The position numbers were made by a program, and so were the translations under genes. The notes under the pieces are model-generated. The model was not told the DNA's origin. It was given only the letters and a program-made list of their open reading frames with translations, and ran no database searches. From Gaiellaceae bacterium (lineage in GTDB: Bacteria; Actinomycetota; Thermoleophilia; Gaiellales; Gaiellaceae): a stretch of DNA of 64,000 bases. The stretch is from assembly GCA_035707105.1 (NCBI GenBank), contig DASSUI010000029.1, forward strand, positions 32,985-96,984, in the 5' to 3' direction. Shown here piece after piece: positions 35,692 to 44,304 of this stretch (positions within the stretch are counted from its first letter, which is position 1; the number at the start of each line of letters is the position of its first letter).

Positions 35692-38006
35692 TGGCCGGGC
35701 CGCCGACGGCCGTTCTGCACGTCGGCGGCCTGCACTACGCCACCGAGAAGACCGTCGTCGAGCGCGTTCTCTGCCAGCGTCCCGGTGTCCTCGCCGTCGA
35801 GGCCAACCCGGTCGCGCAGACGGCGACCGTGACCTTCGATCCGGCCAAGACCTCGGTCGAGGCCTTGCAGGGCTGGGTCGAGGAGTGCGGCTACCACTGT
35901 GCTGGGCGCTCGGTGCCCGGGCACGTCTGCGATCCGCTCGCTGAGGAGGGCAGCGATGCCCCGGTGCACGACCATGCCGCGACCGATCGCGCCGAGCACG
36001 CGCACGGCCACGGCCACGGCGGCCATGCCGGGATGTCGATGGCCGAGATGGTGCGGGACATGCGCAACCGGTTCGCGGTCGCCGCGCTGTTCGCGGTCCC
36101 GATCGCGCTCTGGTCGCCTGTCGGAGACTTCCTGCTCGGCTCCACGCCGCCGACGCCGTTCGGGATCGGCGACGACCTGTGGCAGTTCTTCCTGAGCCTG
36201 CCGGTGATCTTCTACTCGTCGTGGACCTTCTTCCGCGGCGCGTTCGTCGCGCTTCGGGCGAGGACCCTCGACATGATGGTGCTCGTCGCGGTCGCGATCG
36301 GCACCGGCTGGATCTACTCCGTCGCCGCGACGTTCTGGATCGAGGGCGAGGTCTTCTACGAGGCCACCGCGTTCCTCGCCGCCTTCGTCCTCCTCGGGCA
36401 CTGGTTCGAGATGCGGGCCCGCGGCGGGGCGAACGACGCCATCCGAGCCCTGCTCGACCTTGCGCCGCCGCGGGCGGTCGTCGTCCGCGGCGGGCAGGAG
36501 CGCGAAGTGCCGACCGCCGAGGTCGAGGTCGGCGACCTGCTTCTGATCCGCCCCGGCGCAAAGGTGCCGGTGGACGCCGAGGTCGTCGAGGGCGAGAGCT
36601 CGGTCGACGAGTCGACGGTCACCGGCGAGTCGCTGCCGGTCCCCAAGAAGCCGGGCGACCGGCTCATCGGCGCGACGATCAACAAGCAGGGGACGCTCCG
36701 GGCGCGGGCGACTGCCGTCGGGTCCGGGACCGCCCTCGCCCAGATCGTCAAGCTCGTCCAGGAGGCGCAGAACTCGAAGGCTCCCGCCCAGCGGCTCGCC
36801 GACCGCGCCGCCTTCTGGCTCGTCCTGGTCGCGCTGATCGGCGGCCTGGCCACGTTCTTCGCATGGTGGGCGGTCGTCGACCGCGAGGTGCTCGACGCGC
36901 TCCTGTTCGCGATCACGGTCGTCGTGATCACCTGCCCGGACGCCCTCGGCCTCGCGACGCCGACGGCGGTCATGGTCGGTACCGGCCTCGGCGCGCGCCG
37001 CGGGATTCTCTTCAAGAACGCGATCGCCATCGAGCAGGCGGCGCGGCTCGACACCGCGGTGCTCGACAAGACCGGCACGCTCACCCGCGGCGAGCCGGAG
37101 GTCGTCGCGATCGACGCGGACCGCGACGGGGAGGACGAGTTGCTCCGACTGGTCGCCGCGGTCGAGCGGGAGAGCGAGCATCCGCTCGCAGAGGCGATCG
37201 TCCGTGCCGCGGAGACGCGGGGGATTCCGGCGCCGCGCGCCGACGGGTTCGAGGCAGTGGCCGGGCATGGCGCCCTGGCGACGGTCGAGGGCCGCAGGGT
37301 CCTCGTGGGGAACCGCCGCCTGCTCGAGCGGGAGCGCGTCTCCCTCGACGGGCTCGGACCGCGGGCGGACGAGCTGGCCGGAGCCGGCCGCACGGTCGTC
37401 CACGTGGCCGTCGACGGTGACGCGGTCGGCCTGATCGCCATCGCGGACGCGCCGCGCGAGACGGCGGTCGAGGCCGTCGCCGCCTTGAAAAACCTCGGCG
37501 TCCAACCGGTCATGCTCACCGGGGACAACGGCCAGACGGCCCAGCGCATCGCGGCAGAGCTCGGAATCGACGAGGTCCTCGCCGAGGTGCTTCCGGCGGA
37601 CAAGGCGGCCAAGGTGGCGGAGCTGCAGGCCGCGGGCCGTAAGGTCGCCATGGTCGGCGACGGCGTCAACGATGCGCCCGCGCTGGCCCAGGCGGACGTC
37701 GGCATCGCGATCGGCGCCGGCACCGACGTCGCGATCGAGACCGCCAGCGTCGTCCTCATGCGCTCGGACCCGCTCGACGTGGCGAAGGCCATCGCGATCG
37801 GGCGCGGCACGGTGCGGAAGATGCGGCAGAACCTCGCGTGGGCGATCGGCTACAACTCGCTTGCCCTTCCCCTCGCGGCCGGCATCTTCGAGCCCTGGGG
37901 CCTGACGCTCAGGCCCGAGGTCGCCGCGATCTCGATGTCGGGCTCGAGCGTGCTCGTCGCGGTCAACGCGCTCGCGCTGAAGCGCCTGCGTCTGCCGCGC
38001 GGCTGA
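35691..38006 (+). CDS. CopB-like P1B-type ATPase with His-rich N-terminus and CPD transmembrane motif
   Basis: 771 aa. HMA-like fold without CxxC (GGLHYATEK). His-rich stretch HDHAATDRAEHAHGHGHGGH. TM motif ITCPDALGLATP (Asp codon GAC at 36939..36941). [13 protein letters not shown]. Confidence 0.85.
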   Translation: MAGPPTAVLHVGGLHYATEKTVVERVLCQRPGVLAVEANPVAQTATVTFDPAKTSVEALQGWVEECGYHCAGRSVPGHVCDPLAEEGSDAPVHDHAATDRAEHAHGHGHGGHAGMSMAEMVRDMRNRFAVAALFAVPIALWSPVGDFLLGSTPPTPFGIGDDLWQFFLSLPVIFYSSWTFFRGAFVALRARTLDMMVLVAVAIGTGWIYSVAATFWIEGEVFYEATAFLAAFVLLGHWFEMRARGGANDAIRALLDLAPPRAVVVRGGQEREVPTAEVEVGDLLLIRPGAKVPVDAEVVEGESSVDESTVTGESLPVPKKPGDRLIGATINKQGTLRARATAVGSGTALAQIVKLVQEAQNSKAPAQRLADRAAFWLVLVALIGGLATFFAWWAVVDREVLDALLFAITVVVITCPDALGLATPTAVMVGTGLGARRGILFKNAIAIEQAARLDTAVLDKTGTLTRGEPEVVAIDADRDGEDELLRLVAAVERESEHPLAEAIVRAAETRGIPAPRADGFEAVAGHGALATVEGRRVLVGNRRLLERERVSLDGLGPRADELAGAGRTVVHVAVDGDAVGLIAIADAPRETAVEAVAALKNLGVQPVMLTGDNGQTAQRIAAELGIDEVLAEVLPADKAAKVAELQAAGRKVAMVGDGVNDAPALAQADVGIAIGAGTDVAIETASVVLMRSDPLDVAKAIAIGRGTVRKMRQNLAWAIGYNSLALPLAAGIFEPWGLTLRPEVAAISMSGSSVLVAVNALALKRLRLPRG

Positions 38007-38073
38007 CCCGGGGAGGCGCAGGCTCCGGGCCGGTTCGGGAGCGACGAAGCCGTCGGCCGGGGAAGATGGTGCC

Positions 38074-39528
38074 GTGGACGTCGGCACGCTCCTGCTCCTC
38101 GTCGGCGCGATCCTGGCGGGGAGCCTCGTCGTGGCTCTCGGCGCGGTCCGGGTCGGCGTCCCCGCGCTCGTCGCCTTCCTCGCGCTGGGGATGCTGCTCG
38201 GATCCGACGGGCCGGGCGGCATCGAGTTCGACGACGCCGAGCTCGCGCGGACGGTGGGGATCGCGGGCCTGGCCGCGATCCTGTACGAGGGCGGGCTGTC
38301 CACGAGCTGGCGGCGGCTGCGCCGCGTCGCCGCGCCGGCGGTCCTGCTCGCCACCGTCGGGGTCGTCGCGACGACGGTCCTGACCGGCGTCGCCGCGTAC
38401 ACGCTCTTCGACCTCTCCTGGCTCGAGGCCGTGCTGCTCGGCGCCGTCGTGGCGTCGACCGACGCCGCTGCCGTCTTCGCGACGCTCAGGTACACGCACA
38501 TCCGCCGGCGGCTCGCGCGGACGCTGGAGGCCGAGACCGGCGTCAACGACCCCGTGGCGATCGCGCTGACGCTCGGCCTGATCGAGTGGATCGATGAGCC
38601 GGCGTTCGCCTTCCCCGACCTCGTGCTGCTCGTCCTACAGGAGCTCGCGCTCGGCCTCGTCGTGGGCGTCGTGCTCGGCGCGGCGGCGATGTGGGTCTTC
38701 TCCCGCCTGCCGCACTCGATCGGCGCCTTCGCGCCCGTCGCCTCGGTCGCGACCGGCGCGCTGTCGTTCGGCGTCGCCGACGTGATCGGCGGCAGCGGCT
38801 TCCTCGCCGTCTACCTCGTCGGTCTCGCCGTCGGGAGCACCCCGTCCCGCTACCGCCGCCAGCTCGTCGCGTTCCACGAGGGGCTGGCGTTCCTCGCCCA
38901 GGTCGCGATGTTCGTGGTCCTCGGCCTCCTGGTGTTTCCCAGCGACCTGCCGGAGGTCGCCCTGTCCGGTCTCGGGCTCGCGGCGCTGCTCGCCGTGCTG
39001 GTCCGGCCGGCGGCCGTGTGGCTGTCGACGGCGTTCAGCCAGTTCACCGCAGCCGAACGGCTACTGCTCGGCTGGGCAGGCCTCCGCGGTGCCGTCCCGA
39101 TCGTGCTGGCCACGTTCGTGCTCTCCTCGGAGATCGGTCACGCCGAGACGATCTTCAACGCGGTCTTCTTCGTGGTCGTCGTCTCGGCGCTGCTCCAGGG
39201 CACGACCCTGGAATTGGTCGCGACCCGCCTCGGCCTCGTCGATCCCCGCCCGGCGGTCGTGGCCCCTCCGCTCGAGGTCGACGCGCTCGGCTCGCTCGAG
39301 CTGGTCGAGTTCGACGTCGCCGGCGATCATGCGATCGCGGGCGCCGCCGTCCGCGAGGTCGGGCTGCCGCGGACCGCGCTGATCGCGGTGGTCGCGCGCG
39401 GCGCCGAGACGATCCCCCCGCGCGGGAGCACCGTCATCGAGCCCGGCGACCGCCTGTTCGTCCTCGCGCCGCGGAACATCCGTCCCGAGCTCGAGGACGT
39501 CTTCTCCCGCTGGCGGCGGCGCGTCTAG
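38074..39528 (+). CDS. K+/H+ antiporter (CPA1, NhaP2/CvrA-like) with C-terminal TrkA-C domain
   Basis: 484 aa with about 11-12 TM helices. C-terminal soluble domain LVEFDVAGDHAIAGAAVREVGLP...GDRLFVLA. Confidence 0.8.
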   Translation: MDVGTLLLLVGAILAGSLVVALGAVRVGVPALVAFLALGMLLGSDGPGGIEFDDAELARTVGIAGLAAILYEGGLSTSWRRLRRVAAPAVLLATVGVVATTVLTGVAAYTLFDLSWLEAVLLGAVVASTDAAAVFATLRYTHIRRRLARTLEAETGVNDPVAIALTLGLIEWIDEPAFAFPDLVLLVLQELALGLVVGVVLGAAAMWVFSRLPHSIGAFAPVASVATGALSFGVADVIGGSGFLAVYLVGLAVGSTPSRYRRQLVAFHEGLAFLAQVAMFVVLGLLVFPSDLPEVALSGLGLAALLAVLVRPAAVWLSTAFSQFTAAERLLLGWAGLRGAVPIVLATFVLSSEIGHAETIFNAVFFVVVVSALLQGTTLELVATRLGLVDPRPAVVAPPLEVDALGSLELVEFDVAGDHAIAGAAVREVGLPRTALIAVVARGAETIPPRGSTVIEPGDRLFVLAPRNIRPELEDVFSRWRRRV

Positions 39529-39534
39529 CGGCTC

Positions 39535-40263
39535 TTAGACGGCCGCGAAGGTGTAGCCGCGGCCGCGCACCGTGAGGATCCGCTCGGGACGGCGCGGATC
39601 GCGCTCGATCTTGTGCCTGAGGCTGGAGATGTGCGTCTCACAGGTGTGCTTGTTGCCGACGTGGGCGCTCTGCCAGAGGTGACGCATGATCGCCTCGCGC
39701 GAGTGGACCTCGCCCGGGTGCTCTGCGAGGAGGGTGAGCAGACGGAGCTCCGACGGCGTCAGGCGCACCAGCCGGCCGTCGACGAAGACCCGCTGCAGGG
39801 CCAGGTCGATCCGCAGATCGCCGACGAGCCTGATCGTCGCGCCGGGAGCCCGGGTCGGGTCCTCGATCTCGCGTGCGATGCCCTCGATCGCGGCGAGCCG
39901 GCCCGACGCGTCGTACACGGGCGTGTTGCGCTGCTCCGTCCAGATCGTGGTGCCGTCCTTGCGGACCCAGCGGAGGACGACCGGCGCCGAGCTCGGCGCC
40001 TCGGTCAACGCCGACAGCACAGTTCGGTCGTCCGGGTGGACGAGCTTGAAGCCGAGGTCGGGGTCCGCGTAGTGCTCCTCCGGCGTGAAGCCGGTCACGC
40101 GGGTCGCAGCGCCGTTGACGTAGTCGAAGCCGCGCGTCGGCCGGACGCGGTAGCGGTAGATGATGTCGGGCGCGCGGTCGGCGAGCTCTTCGAGCTGCGT
40201 GGAACGCATGAGCTGGGCACCCATGTCATGTCCAATCGTGATCCCGCAGACGCGTGCGCGCAT
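39535..40263 (-). CDS. PAS domain fused to OmpR-type winged-helix DNA-binding domain (no receiver domain)
   Basis: PAS: APDIIYRYRV...FTPEEHYADPDLGFKLVHPDD...RKDGTTIWTE. wHTH: LTPSELRLLTLLAEHPGEVHSREAIMRHLW...ILTVRGRGYTF. The start may be ATG 40224. Confidence 0.75.
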   Translation of the reverse strand: MRARVCGITIGHDMGAQLMRSTQLEELADRAPDIIYRYRVRPTRGFDYVNGAATRVTGFTPEEHYADPDLGFKLVHPDDRTVLSALTEAPSSAPVVLRWVRKDGTTIWTEQRNTPVYDASGRLAAIEGIAREIEDPTRAPGATIRLVGDLRIDLALQRVFVDGRLVRLTPSELRLLTLLAEHPGEVHSREAIMRHLWQSAHVGNKHTCETHISSLRHKIERDPRRPERILTVRGRGYTFAAV

Positions 40264-40265
40264 CC

Positions 40266-40343
40266 GGGGCGGACCGGATCGGCGCTACCGGATTCTCGCC
40301 CTCCGGGTTTTCGGAGATTCGCCGTCCGTGGGGGCGGACCGAT
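40266..40343. promoter_or_regulatory. direct repeats GGGGCGGACCG (x2) and ACCGGAT (x2) in a divergent promoter region
   Basis: GGGGCGGACCGGAT at 40266..40279 and GGGGCGGACCGAT at 40331..40343. ACCGGAT at 40273 and 40287. Confidence 0.35.
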
Positions 40344-40388
40344 ACGCTGCCCAGACTGCGACAACACTTGGACAAGGAGCGAACGACG

Positions 40389-40619
40389 ATGCCGACATCC
40401 CTCATCCGGTCGCCCGACGTCATGCGTCGGGTCAACGAGCTGATCTGCCAGAGCCTCGCCAACGGAGGCCGCGAGGAACCGGTCGCCTTCTTCTGCGAGT
40501 GCGCAGATCCCGGCTGCTATCGGCCGGTCTGGCTCACGCCCGCCGAGTACGACGAGGCGAGGACCGATTCCGGATGGGCGGCTCTGGCCTACGGCCACGT
40601 CGCACCGGCTGCCGCCTGA
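40389..40619 (+). CDS. hypothetical small Cys-containing protein (FFCECADPGC)
   Basis: C-terminal part of ORF 40254..40619. ATG 40389 follows AAGGAG. 76 aa. Confidence 0.5.
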   Translation: MPTSLIRSPDVMRRVNELICQSLANGGREEPVAFFCECADPGCYRPVWLTPAEYDEARTDSGWAALAYGHVAPAAA

Positions 40620-40848
40620 CGGGGGCTGCCATCCGTCAGGCGGCCAGACGATCCGCCGCGAGCTCGCGGCGGAGATGGGGAACCGCGTGCGGCCGGTTCC
40701 CGAGGAGGGGCGGCGACGAGACGGCCGTCGCCGCCCAGGTAGCCGCCGCCGAGGCGGCGACATTCCCCGCAGGGATCGCGGGGATACCACCGCGCCCATC
40801 CGGGGTGCCACGGATGCCTCCCCGGCTCGCCGCCGGGAAGCTGTGTCC

Positions 40849-42663
40849 ATGTCCGCACGGCTGCTTGCGCTCCTTGCGCTGCTCGGCGTCGTGGGCGGGA
40901 TCGTGCTCCACCTGCTCGGGATCGACGCACCCGCCCACCTCGCATGGGCGGCGACCACGGCCCTCCTCCTCGTCCCGCTCACCGTCTCGGTCACCAGGAG
41001 TGTTCTCCGGGGCGACGTCGGCGTGGACGCGATCGCGCTCGTCTCGATGGCAGGCGCGCTGGCGCTCGGGGAGTACCTCGCGGGCGCGGTCATCGCGCTC
41101 ATGCTGGCCGGCGGGAACGCGCTCGAGGAGGTGGCCAACCGGCGGGCCCGGCGCGAGCTGAGCGCCCTCGTCGAGCGGGCGCCGCGGGAGGCGCTCGTCC
41201 GTCGCGGCGACGGCGTGGAGCCCATACCCGTCGAGGAGGTCGTCGCGGGAGACGTCGTGCTCGTCCGTGGCGGCGAGGTCGTCCCGGTCGACGGCCTCGT
41301 CGTCAGCGACGAGGCCGTGGTCGACGAGTCGGCGCTGACCGGTGAGCCGCTGCCCGTCACCGTGCACCGCGGTGGACAGGTGCGCAGCGGCACCGCGAGC
41401 GCCGGCTCCGCATTCGAGCTGCGCGCGCTTCGCCCCGCCGCCGAGAGCGCGTATGCCGCGCTCGTGCGGCTCGTGCAGCAGGCCGAGAGCGAGCGCGCGC
41501 CGTTCGTCCGCATCGCAGACCGCTACGCGGCGTTTTTCCTGCCTGCGACCGCGCTGATCGCCGGCGCGGCGTGGGTGTTCTCGGGCGACCCGGTCCGCGC
41601 GCTCGCGGTCTTCGTGATCGCGACCCCGTGCCCGCTGATCCTCGCCGCGCCAATCGCCCTCATGTCCGGCCTGTCCCGCGCCGCGCGCGCCGGGATCGTC
41701 GTCAAAGGCGCCGGCGCGATCGAGCGGCTCGGCAGGGCGCACACGGTCCTGCTCGACAAGACGGGCACGATCACGCTCGGCCATCCCGAGCTCGCGGACG
41801 TCGTGGGCGTCGACGGTGTCCCGGCGGACGAGAGCCTGCGGCTCGCGGCCTCGCTCGACCGCCTTTCTGCGCATCCGCTGGCGGCCGCGCTGGTCGCCGG
41901 CGCCGAGCAGCGTGGGCTCGATCTGTCGCTGCCCGAGACCGGGCGGGAGACGCTTGGTCACGGCATCGAGGGCGTCGTCGACGGCCGCACCGTGCTCGTC
42001 GGCAGCGCCCGCTGGCTGAGGACGCGAGGCATCGACGTCGCCGCCGACGACGGGACGGACGGCGGAGCCGCGAGGGTCTACGTGAGCGTCGACGGCGCCG
42101 CGTCAGCTGTGATCACGCTCGAGGACAGGCTCCGCGAGGACGCGGCGGCGCTCGTCCCGCTCCTCCGGGAGGCGGGGATCGAGCACATCGCGCTCGTCAC
42201 CGGCGACAAGTCCGCCGTCGCCGAGCGGGTCGCGCACGAGCTCGGCGTCGAGCGGGTCTACGCGGAGCAGACGCCGGAGGAGAAGCTCGAGCTCGTCCGC
42301 GCCCTCCAGGCCGTGCCCGGCCTCCGCAACGTCGTCATGGTCGGCGACGGGATCAACGACGCTCCGGCCCTCGCGCTCGCGGACGTCGGGATCGCGATGG
42401 GGACGATCGGCGCCACCGTCTCGTCCGAGAGCGCGGACGCGGTCATCCTCGTCGACCAGGTGAACCGCGTCGCCGACGCCGTGCGCATCGGCCGGCGCGC
42501 GCTGGGGATCGCCCGTCAGAGCGTCCTGATCGGGATCGGCGCCTCGCTCGCCGGCATGGGGTTCGCCGCCTTCGGCTACATCTCGCCGGTGATGGGCGCC
42601 CTCCTGCAGGAAGTGATCGACGTCGGCGTGATCCTGAACGCCCTCCGCGCACTTCGAGGCTGA
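40849..42663 (+). CDS. P1B-type ATPase lacking an N-terminal metal-binding domain, TM motif T-P-C-P (P1B-5-like)
   Basis: ORF 40675..42663. ATG 40849 (MSARLLALLALLG). IATPCPLILAAP (PCP at 41626..41634), DKTGTIT, GDGINDAP. About 604 aa. Confidence 0.8.
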   Translation: MSARLLALLALLGVVGGIVLHLLGIDAPAHLAWAATTALLLVPLTVSVTRSVLRGDVGVDAIALVSMAGALALGEYLAGAVIALMLAGGNALEEVANRRARRELSALVERAPREALVRRGDGVEPIPVEEVVAGDVVLVRGGEVVPVDGLVVSDEAVVDESALTGEPLPVTVHRGGQVRSGTASAGSAFELRALRPAAESAYAALVRLVQQAESERAPFVRIADRYAAFFLPATALIAGAAWVFSGDPVRALAVFVIATPCPLILAAPIALMSGLSRAARAGIVVKGAGAIERLGRAHTVLLDKTGTITLGHPELADVVGVDGVPADESLRLAASLDRLSAHPLAAALVAGAEQRGLDLSLPETGRETLGHGIEGVVDGRTVLVGSARWLRTRGIDVAADDGTDGGAARVYVSVDGAASAVITLEDRLREDAAALVPLLREAGIEHIALVTGDKSAVAERVAHELGVERVYAEQTPEEKLELVRALQAVPGLRNVVMVGDGINDAPALALADVGIAMGTIGATVSSESADAVILVDQVNRVADAVRIGRRALGIARQSVLIGIGASLAGMGFAAFGYISPVMGALLQEVIDVGVILNALRALRG

Positions 42664-42741
42664 ACCTTTACCGGCGCCTGGCCGGCCCTTAACCGGCGGC
42701 CGCCTACCCTGGTTGGCGTAGCTCTCGCGAAGGAGGAACGA

Positions 42742-43050
42742 ATGAACACCGAGCACCGAGCCATCGTCGTCGTGGGCCGCGAGGGGCCCGCCGAGGACAC
42801 ACTGAGGGCGGCAGGGCGATACGACGAGGTCTTCGTCATCGCACCCGCGCTTCCCGATCCACGCGAGCGTTTCGTCGTGGACGAGGATCGGGCCTACGAG
42901 GCCGCCCACGGACGGGTCCGCGACGTCGTGGGACGCCTTCGCGCCCGCGGAGTTCGAGCGTTCGGCGCCGTCGGCGACGAGAACGTGGCCGCCGCGCGCC
43001 GGGACGCGCGCGCGCTGTTCCCGGCGGCACAGGCGATTCTCGGCGCATAG
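42742..43050 (+). CDS. hypothetical small soluble protein
   Basis: 102 aa. GAAGGAGGA RBS 6 nt upstream. Lies 78 nt downstream of the ATPase. Confidence 0.5.
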   Translation: MNTEHRAIVVVGREGPAEDTLRAAGRYDEVFVIAPALPDPRERFVVDEDRAYEAAHGRVRDVVGRLRARGVRAFGAVGDENVAAARRDARALFPAAQAILGA

Positions 43051-43146
43051 GGCCGGCGGAAGGCGGGGAGCCGAGACGCGGCCCACGTCCGAGTACCGAG
43101 AGCCATTCCCGTCGTCGCTGCAGATCACGCGGTCCCGTCCGCCACC

Positions 43147-43178
43147 GGGGAGCGCGGCTTCGGGGCTGAGCGCTCCCC
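43147..43178. terminator. bidirectional hairpin between convergent genes
   Basis: GGGGAGCGC (43147..43155) pairs with GCGCTCCCC (43170..43178). Confidence 0.45.
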
Positions 43179-43336
43179 TAGTCGGCGAGCAACGCGAGTC
43201 CAACGACGAGGAGCGCGGTGAGCGCGATCCCCGCGCGCAACGGCCGGCGGAGGTGGCCGCAGGCGGTCAGTGCGAGGGTCGTCAGGGCGAAGTGCACGGC
43301 CAGCGCGACGAGGGTGACGGCGATGACGAGCTTCAC
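43178..43336 (-). CDS. candidate 52-aa two-TM mini-protein coupled to terC
   Basis: Not in the ORF track because it is under 60 aa. GTG 43336 overlaps the terC stop as GTGA, with GGAGGGA 5 nt upstream. Sequence: MKLVIAVTLVALAVHFALTTLALTACGHLRRPLRAGIALTALLVVGLALLAD. Confidence 0.35.
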   Translation of the reverse strand: MKLVIAVTLVALAVHFALTTLALTACGHLRRPLRAGIALTALLVVGLALLAD

Positions 43337-44301
43337 GACCGTCCCTCCGACGGTGCCGCCTGCCGCGCCGGACGTCGCTCGCGGTGCTCCCGGCCGCCGG
43401 GCCGGATCAGCGACGCGCCTACCGCCGCCGCGAGGGCGAGGACGATGACGGCGAGTGAGAGGTAGACCGGGACCTTGTAGACGTCGGCGAGCGTCATCTT
43501 CAGGCCGACGAAGACGAGGACGGCCGCCAGTCCCACGTTGAGGTAGCGGAAGCGGTCGATCATTCCGGCGAGGACGAAGTAGAGGGCGGCGAGCCCGAGC
43601 AGCGAGAACGCGTTCGCTGCGTAGACGATGAACGTGTCCCTGGTTACCGCGAAGATGGCCGGAATCGAGTCGACGGCGAAGACGACGTCGAATGTGGCGA
43701 TCAGTGCGAGCGCCGCGAGCATCGGCGTCGCGACGAGCTTTCCCTGCTCGCGCGCCACCAGACGGTCGCCCTGATACTGGGTCGTCATCGGCATGAACCG
43801 GCGGATCAGCCTCAGGACCGGGTTGCGCTCGGGGTGGATCTCGACGTCACGGTGGCGGGCGAGCCGGATCCCGGTGACGACGAGGAAGGCGCCGAAGACG
43901 TAGATCGTGAAGTGGAAGGCGTCCAGGAGCGCCGCTCCGGCCAGAATGAAGATCGCGCGAAGGACGATCGCTCCGACGATCCCCCAGAAGAGCGCGCGCC
44001 GCTGGTAGGCAGGCGGCACGGCGAAGTAGCCGAAGATCAGGGCGAAGACGAACAGGTTGTCGATCGAGAGGGACTTCTCGATCAGGAACCCCGCGAGGTA
44101 CTCGCCGGCGGGCTCACGGCCCTGCCACGCCCAGAGGAAACCCGCGAAGCCGACGCCGAGCGCCGTCCAGCCGATGCTCCAGGTGACCGACCGGCGAAAC
44201 GAGATCGCCTCGCCGCGTCGGCCGAACGCGAGCAGGTCGACGACCAGCATGGAGGCGACGAAGATCGCGAACGCCACCCACATCCAGAACTCGAGTTGCA
44301 C
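43333..44301 (-). CDS. TerC family integral membrane protein
   Basis: 322 aa. EKSLSIDNLFVFALIF and a second repeat DSIPAIFAVT are typical of the TerC/Alx family. Confidence 0.9.
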   Translation of the reverse strand: MQLEFWMWVAFAIFVASMLVVDLLAFGRRGEAISFRRSVTWSIGWTALGVGFAGFLWAWQGREPAGEYLAGFLIEKSLSIDNLFVFALIFGYFAVPPAYQRRALFWGIVGAIVLRAIFILAGAALLDAFHFTIYVFGAFLVVTGIRLARHRDVEIHPERNPVLRLIRRFMPMTTQYQGDRLVAREQGKLVATPMLAALALIATFDVVFAVDSIPAIFAVTRDTFIVYAANAFSLLGLAALYFVLAGMIDRFRYLNVGLAAVLVFVGLKMTLADVYKVPVYLSLAVIVLALAAAVGASLIRPGGREHRERRPARQAAPSEGRS

Positions 44302-44304
44302 GAA

